Of a stretch of 64,000 bases of DNA, positions 39,454 to 49,479 are shown piece by piece. This DNA is from Nitrospirota bacterium. Its GTDB lineage: Bacteria > Nitrospirota > UBA9217. How positions within the stretch are numbered: the first letter of the stretch is position 1; each line of letters begins with the position of its first letter. The notes beneath the pieces were generated by a model. It did not search any database. It was given only the letters and a program-made list of their open reading frames with translations, and was not told the DNA's origin. The stretch is from assembly GCA_963740085.1 (NCBI GenBank), contig CAVUCU010000004.1, forward strand, positions 641,996 through 705,995. Reading direction: 5' to 3'. Both the position numbers and the translations under genes were made by a program.

Positions 39454-40530
39454 TTATTTTTTTCGAAAATGCCCCTCTCGCATTTTCAACAAAACCAGAA
39501 ACTTCTTATAATTTGAGTACGTATATAAATTGGCATTTCTTGAGTAGATTACGGGTTCTCCAAGAACCATATCAATTTTTGTGATTTTGGCCAGAACGAT
39601 AAATTGATTGGGGTTTTTAAATTCTTGATCATATTTTAAAAAGTATACATTTGATTTATCCATGCCCTGAAGGTTAAGCCCTACAAGTTCCTCTTTAGTT
39701 GAAAGGATAGTAATATTTTTCCCGGTTTTAAATTTTATATAGTCGCTCCAGTAAGGAGCGAAAGTTACCGCTATATTTATATGGCCATATAATGATGGGG
39801 CATAAATTACACTATTTTCGGGAATAGAGATAAATTCGCCCGTTTTAAGCAGCTGGTCAATCGTTCTCCACTTGAGATGGGACTGTGTCTGGCTAAGGGT
39901 AACGTGATAATTTGAGTAGTCGACGATGAAACTCGTAATGGCTATAATAAGGCCTACAGATACAGCATACAACAATAATAACAACTTATGGGATGAGAAT
40001 AACTGTTTCACATAAATTATCAATATTGTGAAAAACAAAACTGTTCCAAAATATGAAAAGAAGGTAACCGTATGAGCTAATGAACCAGCAGACACAACCC
40101 AGTACTGATATTTTGTTGTTAACGCTATAAGAAAGACGGGTGCAATGAAGAGTGTTATGGACAATAATGCGGTTAACCAATAGGTTCTCTTGCTGAAGTT
40201 GGTGGATTTATGTTGAATGAGGTGATAAACTAAATATGAACTGATCAATGCCTTGGTAATCCACTCTACCCTGGCATTCTTAACAATATGAATAATGCTG
40301 GAACGATGGCCCTCAAAAGCGGCAGAGTAATCATTAAACATCGGGGTAAAATGACTATATATATAAGTTGGCAGAGAACTAACGCTATATTGGTACATAA
40401 CTTTGGCAAAAGAGATGAAAGAAAAGTGGGAAATAATATTTCCCTCATAACGAGACGGATAAAAATGTCTAAATGTAAAATAGATGGCTGCATATATGAA
40501 TAACGCTGCTGCATGAGGGATAATTCTCAA
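39454..40530 (-). CDS. polytopic membrane protein (C-terminal part of a putative GT-C/Wzy-like glycan-modifying enzyme)
   Basis: It has many TM helices, AT-rich codon usage, and a 4-nt ATGA overlap with the upstream ORF. It might be one gene together with 40527-41132. Confidence 0.4.
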   Translation of the reverse strand: MRIIPHAAALFIYAAIYFTFRHFYPSRYEGNIISHFSFISFAKVMYQYSVSSLPTYIYSHFTPMFNDYSAAFEGHRSSIIHIVKNARVEWITKALISSYLVYHLIQHKSTNFSKRTYWLTALLSITLFIAPVFLIALTTKYQYWVVSAGSLAHTVTFFSYFGTVLFFTILIIYVKQLFSSHKLLLLLYAVSVGLIIAITSFIVDYSNYHVTLSQTQSHLKWRTIDQLLKTGEFISIPENSVIYAPSLYGHINIAVTFAPYWSDYIKFKTGKNITILSTKEELVGLNLQGMDKSNVYFLKYDQEFKNPNQFIVLAKITKIDMVLGEPVIYSRNANLYTYSNYKKFLVLLKMREGHFRKK

Positions 40531-41132
40531 AAAAGCTTTCGAAAATGCTTCTTGAGTTTGTTGATTGGGATCACTTCTATAAAAAAAGAGACAAAGATAA
40601 AAAGAACAAAATACATCGCGAATACTTCATAAAGTAATAACGTAAGGAAAAACAAAACGGTACTAATAATCAGGCGACTTATTTTATTTGTATCAACATA
40701 TTGCTTGAAATAAATCAAGCATATCATAAAAATACAGATGCCTGCATGAAAGACAAACGGGTATGAAGTTAAAAGGTAATGGTCCCACATATTCTGTAAA
40801 CCGACTAAATAAATAATGATGAGAAGAACCGCATAATGAAGCGATCTGTAAAATGTATAAATCATGTATCCAAATAATAGAATATTTACAATTATAATGC
40901 CGATAGAAATGAATTTATAATATACAAAGTTTCTTACGAGATATGGTACTTTGGCGAATTGGTAAGCAACAGGCATGAAAAATCTGCCTTGATCTTTAGC
41001 AATATTAATTTCACCGGTAATTCCAGTATGTTTTGAACTACTTAATTCTAGCACCATGTCGTCATTCGTAGTAAAACCAACATTGATTAATGGATAAAAA
41101 GTAAAAACGATCAATATGCCAATCATTAACAT
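40527..41132 (-). CDS. polytopic membrane protein with a DD motif in the first extracytoplasmic loop (putative GT-C fold N-terminal part)
   Basis: TM1 is followed by GFTTNDDMVLEL and then multiple TM helices. GT-C enzymes (ArnT, PglB, PMT, GtrC types) carry an acidic motif in this position (established knowledge). Confidence 0.4.
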   Translation of the reverse strand: MLMIGILIVFTFYPLINVGFTTNDDMVLELSSSKHTGITGEINIAKDQGRFFMPVAYQFAKVPYLVRNFVYYKFISIGIIIVNILLFGYMIYTFYRSLHYAVLLIIIYLVGLQNMWDHYLLTSYPFVFHAGICIFMICLIYFKQYVDTNKISRLIISTVLFFLTLLLYEVFAMYFVLFIFVSFFIEVIPINKLKKHFRKLF

Positions 41133-41910
41133 GATGGCCGAGCTAACCTTTTTGTCAGAAACTAAATTTCCATCAAGAAAATCCTCTTCCCGAACGCTTA
41201 TTGATTATTGATAATATTCAGCAATCTGCTCCAATATGCCTCGATTGAGTAGTTTTTCAGGAAGAACTCCCTTACGTTGGAGTAAAATCCTTCACATCTG
41301 ACTTTATCAAGCATCGTCGTATTCAGCACATCACGAAACTACTCATAGGGATCGTACGCGCATCCCGCTTTTGAGTCCACGATATGTTGGTTCAAATCAA
41401 AAACTGATCCAAACGGTCTTTTATGCCAAAACCGACAATGCTGTTCGGGACCTTATCTCTATAATAAATGTTCCTCGATTTTTCTCGGCATTGGTCATAA
41501 AAAGATGCGTAGAGAGAGGCCATGAAAATGAAGTAGTCGTCGTAGTCGTCTTAATAGCCCGATATATATTCAAGGAAGTGACTGGCGCATAAGGCCCTTC
41601 AAATTTCATCCACTCCTCACTAAGGCCGAGCGCAGTTTTCTTTTTTGGTATGCTGCGAAAACCGCGCTCACAACGGCTTCGGATTGTTGAAAGATCCCTT
41701 GCGTCTTCGGCAGCTATAACAGCTCAAGAAACAGGCTGAGGATGTATCCGATGACGGAAACACGATATGATTTCGTTATGACAAATCTCATCAGAAGGTC
41801 TTTTATGCGTGCATTATTCCCCTCCTCCTCTTTTGAATATTACAAGTTTGAGAGGATTTCAGGCTTTGATAACTGTCCACTCCTTGATTTATCTAAAAGG
41901 AGTTGGAATC

Positions 41911-43986
41911 CTAAAGCATCCGGTTCTCTTCCCATGATGGTCCGATAAGCATTGTGCATGATTTTTTTGTGATAATGTCGATGATTTGGCGAGCGCTATC
42001 CGCCCGATTCAGCCTCGGCATGTCATCGGACTTCGGATGCCTGCTCAATCCACAAAGACTATTGAGTTTTTTTACGTCCGCAAGGTCAGCGGCTTCCGTC
42101 CCGTTGAAGAAGTATGCAGACCGGCCCGCCACCTCGCGGAACACTGGAATATCGCGGCATGATCGGCAACTTGTGTTTGGCGGCCTCGATGAGCGGCAGG
42201 CCAAAACCTTCTCCTTCACTAGCAGCGATCAAGCAGGTGCTGGACAGCGTAAACTTTCTCCATATATTCATCGCTAGTGCTTTCCAGCCAGAATAATCGT
42301 TTGCCCAATTCGTGATGGTTGCGCGAGGTATCTGCCAGCGACCCCATCTTCCAACCCTGCTTGCCGACGACAACCAGATTCGCCTCAAAGCCCTCTGTCC
42401 ATAACTGTTCGAATGCGGCGATTGTTTGGATATGCCCTTTACGTGGTTCAAGCGTACCAACCATCAAGAAAATCGGACGTTTAGCTAGGAGACTAACACT
42501 GCCCCGGCATTTTCTGGCATGCCTCTCAATGGGCAGGATCGATGCAAATGTCTGCTCCCAAATGGTGCCAGTCAATCTTGAATGGCCGCTAACGGGCTGG
42601 CAGTCCTGTTTGTCTTTAGCCAGTCTGCAAGCTCACCAGCTACTGCTTTGGAGATGCAAATGGCACCATCGCTTTCGGCAACGGCCTTCAGCCAAGCCTG
42701 ATGCTGCTTTGTCGCCTCCTTAGTAAAAGCCTCGGGTAGGTTAATCGGCAACAGGTCATACACCACGAATTGAACCTGCACACCACGTTTGCGCAACAGC
42801 TGGAAAAAGGCTTGCTGCGCCGGCACGACTTCTGGCTGTAAGTCCAGCCCGAGAAACACACTCCAGCCCGAAACTCGATGGTGTCGTCTGATAGGGCCAA
42901 TCCCGGACAGTTGAGGAAGCTTAAAGTGAACTGCCGTGCATAGCGGTAGCCTTCGATCAGTTGTGGCATATACGGGCTCAACTTTGAAGCCTTCCAGGCG
43001 AATGGATGAGCAGTTCCTGCAGGATGCTGCGCACCACGCGCTGAATTCCAGTTTTCGAGTCACGCTGGACCAGTTTTCGAAATGTCTACCAATAACTGAC
43101 GGGGGGCGAGCAGTGGCGGGATGGAAAGAAATCGCTTCAGCAATAGGCACCCAAGCTTGCGAGTCTGACGGCGGTTCAACACAGGCCAGCGCACGTATCA
43201 AGGCAGTCACGTTGGTGTGTGCTGCGCGGCACATCGTCTCGATTGCCTTCTCATACTGGTCAGCACAGTCTCGCGGATCATGGCGAGTAAGAATGATTTC
43301 CCGTGCTTTAATACCTAGTTGTTGTCGACAAGCTGGTTCTCGCCACAGTGTTTCTAATGCGTTGACCAACTCATTATCACAAAACTCATCCGGAAGTTTC
43401 CAAACACCATCTTCCGCCAAGTCCGCCATGCTGCCATTGGCATTGACGATGGTCGGAATACCGTAATTCATACAATCGAGCACTGAGGCCGAAGTTTCTC
43501 CACGGGAAAGTGTGCGCAGTTGCACAGCCACATCAGCCGCCGCGAGGTAGTGTCGGAAGGTGGTGATATCAGTCCAACCTGTGATGCGAATACGCTTACT
43601 CAAGCCGCTTTGGCGTATCGTGTCGAGCATCGCAGCGCCATATTCACTGCTATGATTTTCACCGACGAATACTAATACGCAATTGCCGTTTTTTGCTAAA
43701 TCCGAAGCTAGCCACGCATTAAAGCAGGCGTTGGTTCAGTTTAGTGAGGTCCGAGCACTCCAAAACTACACACTGCAAAATCATCATTCTCCAATTTCAC
43801 GGCAGGCGGCGTAGCTCCTCCGGCACGGATCGATATCAAAGGCTGGGGACGCGTAGCAGTGGAATGAGCGGCCCAATCGGTCAGCAGCGCCTTTTTGTTA
43901 ATCCAATGGGTTTGCAAAGCCGCCGCGAACTTCTCGGAATGCACAATCACACCGTGCGCATTTTTTAAGGCATCTCTAGGTTGCAT
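41911..43986 (-). pseudogene. decayed glycosyltransferase family 4 gene remnants, with at least three frame changes
   Basis: GT4 fragments lie in different frames: RITGWTDITTFRHYLAAADVAVQ...CMNYGIPTIVNANGSMADL, then RPIFLMVGTLEPRKG..LVVVGKQGW..KRLFWLESTSDEYMEKVYA, then STCLIAASEGEGFGLPLIEAAKHKLPI, then RDIPVFREVAGRSAYFFN, plus GVIVHSEKFAAAL at 43741-43986. Confidence 0.6.
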
Positions 43987-44120
43987 GGATAGCGCCAGGG
44001 CACTTCAGCAAAGTAACTGATGCATCAAATAAATGCTGCAGCATGGCCGCATAGCCATGGTTTTGATAGAGTGCATTTAATCCAAGAATCAGATCCTTGG
44101 CCACTAAAATGCATGTGGCC

Positions 44121-45698
44121 CTACGACACCAGATAGAAAAAAGTCATGCAGCACGATCGATACCCGGTACCTTTCTCCAGTAAATCAAACATGTGCTGAT
44201 GTAAGTAGTTGTTGCCAAAATGATAGAGCACCCGGTCGTAACGGTCTGCGTGAGATCTGAGCCATGCCGCGCTACGTATTGTGCAGTTAGCCTTGATCCA
44301 CGAGTCGGATACGATATCCTGCGCCACAATCAGGTCGATATCATAATGACGTGAAAGCTCGGGCAGCAGCTCTGCGCTGTAATCACTGATCCCGCTATGC
44401 ACGGGTGGCAAAGGAGAGACATACGCCATCTTGGGTCGACGGGCGGGCCTGTTATCGGTCAATGGTTGGTGGGCCTTCTTAACATACAACGCCTCAACAG
44501 CAGCAATTGCCCGTTGCGCGCTGGTATCCCATGAAAACCGCTTGGCTTGTTCAAGACCATGTTGCTCCAGATCTGCCCGGAAGGCATCGTCAGTCAACAC
44601 CTGCGCGAGTTTTTCAGTAATGGACGTATCGTTCATGGGGTCGAAGAGGGCGTCATCCCGGCCTATCACTTCCGGCACACTGGAAGTGTTGGCGCCAATC
44701 ACTGCCCGACCACAGGTCATCGCTTCCAGCGCTGGCAAGCCGAAGCCTTCATGCCATGAGGGGAACACGAACGCTTTGCACAGGCCGTATAGCGTCAGTA
44801 GATCTTCTTCAGGCACAAACCCGGTCAGAACCAGTTCCTCAGCCTTCAGCCCCTGCTCCTTGGCTAGCGTTTCCAGTGCACCACGGCTGTCAGGCGTCAG
44901 ATTAGCGCTGACAATTACCAATTGGTGGCTTGTTTGTAACGGTTTGGGCAGTTTAGCGTATGCGCGTATAAGACCTTCAACGTTCTTACGGTGGTCAATG
45001 CCGCCTGTATTCATTACAAATTGCCGATGTAAACCGTAACGCTGGCGGACCTCTTGCTCTCGCTCACAGTCGATATGCTGTGGCTGAAATTGCGGGTCAG
45101 CCGCCGAGGAAATATTGACACATGCTACGGAGGGAAAACCGAGGTAACGGATCCCCTCTCGCCGAGACGATTCGGAAATTGCAAGCAGAAGGTCGGCCCG
45201 GCGCAGATGATCGAGTTTGTTCTCGTACCAGGCCTCCACCACTGGATTTTCCAAGTAGGGATTGCGCTGGATCAGTGGAATCAGGTCATACAGGATAACC
45301 GCTGTTGGCACGGTGCGGCTCAGGGTGCCGATGCTGGTGACCGCATTATCGCGTGCCCCTTCGAACAGGCTACTGACGAGAACAATATCCGGCTTGAAGC
45401 TGCCCAAAAAAGCCTCGCGAACCAACTCGGCAGTGCATCGGCGCCAATCGTTTTCCTTGCTTACATGACACACCGGTTCCGGCGACTTCCAGACACCGAT
45501 ATTTTTTTGCGGCAGCAAGCCATCAAAAGCGGCACGTATCGTTTCAATGGTGTCTGGAAACAGCTCATTGAGAGCGAGAAACACCGTGTGCATACCACGA
45601 TTACGAACGATGGCCTGAGCTAAGGATAGCGTATAACGTCCAATGCCATGTTGCTGATTACTGCCCTGCGCTCCTTGCATATCAATCACAATGCGCAT
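44121..45698 (-). CDS. glycosyltransferase (WbdA/WbpX-like mannosyl/rhamnosyltransferase, GT4-like C-terminal domain)
   Basis: MRIVIDMQGAQGSNQQHGIGRYTLSLAQAI N-terminus, and C-terminal FVFPSWHEGFGLPALEAMTCGRAVIGANTSSVPEV. Confidence 0.7.
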   Translation of the reverse strand: MRIVIDMQGAQGSNQQHGIGRYTLSLAQAIVRNRGMHTVFLALNELFPDTIETIRAAFDGLLPQKNIGVWKSPEPVCHVSKENDWRRCTAELVREAFLGSFKPDIVLVSSLFEGARDNAVTSIGTLSRTVPTAVILYDLIPLIQRNPYLENPVVEAWYENKLDHLRRADLLLAISESSRREGIRYLGFPSVACVNISSAADPQFQPQHIDCEREQEVRQRYGLHRQFVMNTGGIDHRKNVEGLIRAYAKLPKPLQTSHQLVIVSANLTPDSRGALETLAKEQGLKAEELVLTGFVPEEDLLTLYGLCKAFVFPSWHEGFGLPALEAMTCGRAVIGANTSSVPEVIGRDDALFDPMNDTSITEKLAQVLTDDAFRADLEQHGLEQAKRFSWDTSAQRAIAAVEALYVKKAHQPLTDNRPARRPKMAYVSPLPPVHSGISDYSAELLPELSRHYDIDLIVAQDIVSDSWIKANCTIRSAAWLRSHADRYDRVLYHFGNNYLHQHMFDLLEKGTGYRSCCMTFFYLVS

Positions 45699-46483
45699 CA
45701 GTTTTTCCCCGCTTTGATGGCTTTTTGCAAGTCAGCATAGATGCGGGTGGCGCGGGGAGAAAGGTTCTTTACTAACGGCGCGGCATCATCACTGTCCGCA
45801 TATTTAATTGCTGCGTCGTCACTGTCCGTATATTTCATTGAAGCACCTATGCCCACACCAATGATCAGCCCCGATCTCGCAGCGAACTCGCGCAGTCGTT
45901 GCACGAGTCGAGGCTGTTTGGTCAACATGGTCTTCACATGCGCTTTCAGGCGATAGTTGGAAAGGGTCTTTCGCATGACCCACAGCACCAGCGGCTTGAC
46001 CATTTGCTTTATCAGGCGTGGCATCCAGAGTACTATACGCTTGGTTATCAATACAATAAATTTGGCTATCCTCACAGCCTGACGAAGCGGCCAGGTGATT
46101 AGCCAGGACTTGCTTGTATAAACGTCCTGAAGCTCACAGTTGAGACCTTCGGCCACTTGATTAAGTTCATCAATTTTCGCTTTGGCCGCATCCCATTCAT
46201 TCTGTAGCCATTGGCTATTCGCTTGCAGACGGGTATTATGCTCGTTAACTCCATTCAGTTCGGCAGCAAGCTTCTCCGCTTTTTGATTGGCCGCATCCCA
46301 TTCATTCTGTAGCCATTGGTTATGCGCTTGCAGACTGGAATTATGCTCGTTAACTCCATTCAGTTCGGCAGCAAGCTTCTCCGCTTTTTGATTGGCCGCA
46401 TCCCATTCATTCTGTAGCCATTGCACGGAGGCTTCGGCTTGCGTGATCAGTTCTGTCTCTCTTGCCTGGTGTGACGCTATCAC
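45698..46483 (-). CDS. coiled-coil repeat protein; candidate WbdD-like chain-length ruler/terminator module
   Basis: There are 2.5 perfect copies of a 35-aa heptad-rich unit, QWLQNEWDAANQKAEKLAAELNGVNEHNSSLQAHN. The gene lies between FkbM methyltransferase fragments and a GT4 in an ABC-dependent O-polysaccharide locus. Confidence 0.5.
   Translation of the reverse strand: MIASHQARETELITQAEASVQWLQNEWDAANQKAEKLAAELNGVNEHNSSLQAHNQWLQNEWDAANQKAEKLAAELNGVNEHNTRLQANSQWLQNEWDAAKAKIDELNQVAEGLNCELQDVYTSKSWLITWPLRQAVRIAKFIVLITKRIVLWMPRLIKQMVKPLVLWVMRKTLSNYRLKAHVKTMLTKQPRLVQRLREFAARSGLIIGVGIGASMKYTDSDDAAIKYADSDDAAPLVKNLSPRATRIYADLQKAIKAGKN
46150..46445. repeat. tandem 105-nt direct repeat (about 2.5 copies) inside the coiled-coil gene
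   Basis: The unit starting ggccgcatcccattcattctgtagccattgg recurs at 46184, 46289 and 46394 with near-perfect identity. Confidence 0.8.
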
Positions 46484-46510
46484 CCCTTACAAAAATAGGA
46501 ACTCGATCCG

Positions 46511-47140
46511 TCACATTACATCGTCAAACACATTTGGCGGTGAAGAAAATGCCTCAGCAAGCTCGGCATGTTCCTTTGCCACATAAAAACGATTGAGCCC
46601 GTCAAAGTAAACAAACTGATATTTCGCTGCAGTGAAAATAGGGTCCCAGCCTGCGTAGTCTGTCTCGGGCGAGCCGGGAATGGTCGCCTCAACCACCATT
46701 ACCCAGGGACGCAGGGTTTGGCTGTCCCAGCCTTTCAGCACCTTTTCTTCAAATCCTTCCACATCAATTTTGAGCCAATGAACTTCTTTTCCCGACAGCG
46801 ACCGCAATGCTGATTTCAAAGTCAAAACTGGCACCTGGATCCTTGGCGATCAAAACCTCGCTCCGTTTGATGGCGTTCTGCGAACGCATCCTCGACGGTA
46901 CTGAGGCCGGTGCCTGGAATGACATTGAACTCCAGCGTGCCTTCGGTATCAGCCAACGCAACTTGCAGCACCGTTCGTCCGGTCTGTCCTGGCGCAGCAG
47001 TTCGGCATATTCAGGAACAGGCTCAATGTGAATACCCCGCCAGCCGTGCTCATAAAAGGCTTGCTCACAGAATCCACCACCGGGTGCTGCGCGCCAACGT
47101 CGACATAAACTCCGATTTCACATGCTTGAGCGCGCGCCAA
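46511..47140 (-). pseudogene. FkbM-family methyltransferase broken into fragments
   Basis: The C-terminal fragment ORF 46511-46834 (HWLKIDVEGFEEKVLKGW) and the N-terminal-like fragment 46949-47140 (IGVYVDVGAQHP) are in a different frame. Confidence 0.45.
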
Positions 47141-47189
47141 AGCATCACGTCTTCAAAATTTTGGGCGTAAGAGACAAAACTCATTGTGT

Positions 47190-48430
47190 ACCTTCCTGAC
47201 TCTGGCGAGAAATGACAAATTGGCCATCAAGCCAGTTACTGCCAATAAAAATGTCGCGGTTTCCATTGATCACATCAAACACCAGCATGTTATCTATCCA
47301 TTCAAAGTTATCGATCAGATGAGTATCTGTACTCACAAGAGCTGGAGAAACCGAGTACGAACCCGGTCCCAGGGTGCAGGTAAATGCAACTTGAAGACAA
47401 CGGTTTCGCCTGTTTTAACGCCTCTTGTATTTGGTGCGTGTGCCAGGTGTTGGTACCCCACACCACATGGCCTTGCTTGTCACGGATCATGTAAGCCGAG
47501 CACGAGCCGAGGTATTCGGCATGAATCGTGAGCTTCGAGCCGCAATTCCACCGCCTGGCCGATTTGCGCGACGGCTAACTCGGTGCCTGTAGCAGCATCT
47601 AATAGTTGAAGTGATTTACGCGCGCCTCGCCCGTTCCGCTCCTGGTAAGCAACCAGCCATCTTTCTTGCGGCGCTGCTCAATGCTAAGTTTTGCGTTTTC
47701 TTTTTCTGCAATGAGGGCATTGTAGTAGTCCACAACTTCGTCGGGCTGTCCGTCTTTAAGCACGCCTCCCTTATCCAACAAGATGACACTGTCGCACAGG
47801 GTGCGCACGACATCCAGACATGGGTAACCATCATGATAGAAATGCCTTCGACTTTAAACTGCCTGATACGATCAAAGCTTTTATGCTGAAAATAGCTGTC
47901 ACCAACACTCAAAACCTCATCAACGATGAGTACATCTGGCGTCACTGCCGTCGCCAGGGCGAAGGCCAAGCGGGCATTCATACCGCTCGAGTAAACCCGC
48001 AGGGGTTGATCGAAAAACTCTCCAATCTCGGCAAAATTCTCAATGTCAGGCATCAAGATCGTCAACTCGGAAGTGCTGAGTCCCATCAAACCACCAGAAG
48101 ATAAACATTTTGCCGAGCAGTAAAGTCTGGATTGAATCCTAGTCCAAGTTCAAGAATTGCGCTGATACGTCCATTGATTTTTACGCTTCCAGTACTAGGG
48201 CGAACGGTACCGGTGATCAATTTAAGCAAGGTGCTCTTCCCTGCGCCATTCTGGCCGATAATCGCCAATGCTTCGCCTCGGCGCAGAGTAAAATTCACAT
48301 TTTTCAGTGCCCAATATTCATGCACATGCTGCGACGGAAATCCAAACCATTGTGAAAACCGTGTAAAATTGTTGCGATACGTGGTATAGCATTTCCCCAC
48401 CCCTGAGACATTCAGAACTGTATCACTCAT
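47190..48430 (-). pseudogene. wzt: O-antigen ABC transporter ATP-binding protein Wzt with at least two frameshifts and a degraded C-terminal domain
   Basis: Walker A GQNGAGKST (48086-48430), then ABC signature YSSGMNARLAFALA and Walker B LIVDEV (47616-48089, a different frame), then RTLCDSVILLDKGGVLKDGQPDEV (47599-47808, a third frame). Remnants such as GHVVWGTNTWHT lie further downstream. Confidence 0.7.
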
Positions 48431-49221
48431 AGTTCATCCACTAAATCAGCACTGGCCCGACGAAAGACCAAAAATGAGATCATGAACAAAGTTGCTGATA
48501 CCAGGATTGGGATCAGCAAAGTTCCCCATTGCGGGAAAGTGTTATAGAGCATGGCATCCTGATAAAGTTTGACCAGAGGCGCCATCGGATTAAATACTGC
48601 AAGCCAACTCAGACTCTTCGACAGGGTGCCTGATGTGTAAACGACTGGAGTAAGCCAAAACCATATTTGCATGACAACGGTGAAAACTTGTCCGACATCG
48701 CGCACAAATACGTTGAAGACGCCCAGCAAGACACCGAGGCCGAATGCAAACGCGGTGACCACAAGCATCCCAATCGGTAAAACCACCCAGGCAACACCGG
48801 GAAAATGGCCAAAAAATAAAAAGACTACTGCTGTAGCAAGAAGCAATAATACGTGATTCAACAGCGCGCTGCCTCCCACAATTACCGGCAGACAAAGGCG
48901 GGGGAAAGAGATTTTTTTAAGCACACCAGCGTACTCGATAAAGATAGTCGTGCAACGGGTTATGATCTCGGCAAAAAATCCCCACGCCGCCATGCCAGCC
49001 ATCAGGTAGATGGCATAGCCGGCTTTATTTGTCACTCCTGGTAGTTTTGACCCCAAAACCTCTGATAATACCAGCGCATAGATGGCAGCTTGCATCAATG
49101 GATGCAGGATAAACCAGAGCGCCCCAAGGCTGGAGCGCGCGAATCGACGCTTTAATTCCCCTTGTATTGATGAAATAATAAAATGCCGGAATTTCCAAAG
49201 GGCCTGAATAATTTGTTTCAA
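48427..49221 (-). CDS. wzm: O-antigen ABC transporter permease
   Basis: ABC-2 permease of 264 aa with about six TM helices. RRFARSSLGALWFILHPLMQAAIYALV is typical of Wzm/KpsM. Its ATGA overlaps wzt. Confidence 0.8.
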   Translation of the reverse strand: MKQIIQALWKFRHFIISSIQGELKRRFARSSLGALWFILHPLMQAAIYALVLSEVLGSKLPGVTNKAGYAIYLMAGMAAWGFFAEIITRCTTIFIEYAGVLKKISFPRLCLPVIVGGSALLNHVLLLLATAVVFLFFGHFPGVAWVVLPIGMLVVTAFAFGLGVLLGVFNVFVRDVGQVFTVVMQIWFWLTPVVYTSGTLSKSLSWLAVFNPMAPLVKLYQDAMLYNTFPQWGTLLIPILVSATLFMISFLVFRRASADLVDEL

Positions 49222-49479
49222 TTATATTCTCCTCATTGCAGTCGGACTCGGCAAAAGCTTCATCTTTGAAAGAATACCCGCAATCAGGTAGATGCCGTAG
49301 CTGTAAGTATTTGATGACGCACCCTGCAGACGCGCTCCCATGACCTGCGAAAAAATTATGGTGTACACAAAGATATTCACCAGGGGCCAGATAAAGGTCC
49401 AGAAGACCCCAAGGACGGAGCCTGAGTACCGTTCTGTAAAATCTCGTTTTGTCAGTTCTATTAATAAGCTTATATTCAA
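49222..49479 (-). pseudogene. N-terminal fragment of a second, divergent Wzm-type permease
   Basis: ELTKRDFTERYSGSVLGVFWTFIWPLVNIFVYTIIF is a Wzm N-terminus, but only about 85 aa before a stop. It is directly adjacent to the intact wzm. Confidence 0.45.

Noticed and set aside
44431-45623. 202-aa and 189-aa plus-strand ORFs
   Set aside because: They are antisense to the WbdA-like GT gene in the GC-rich block, where high GC inflates spurious ORF length.
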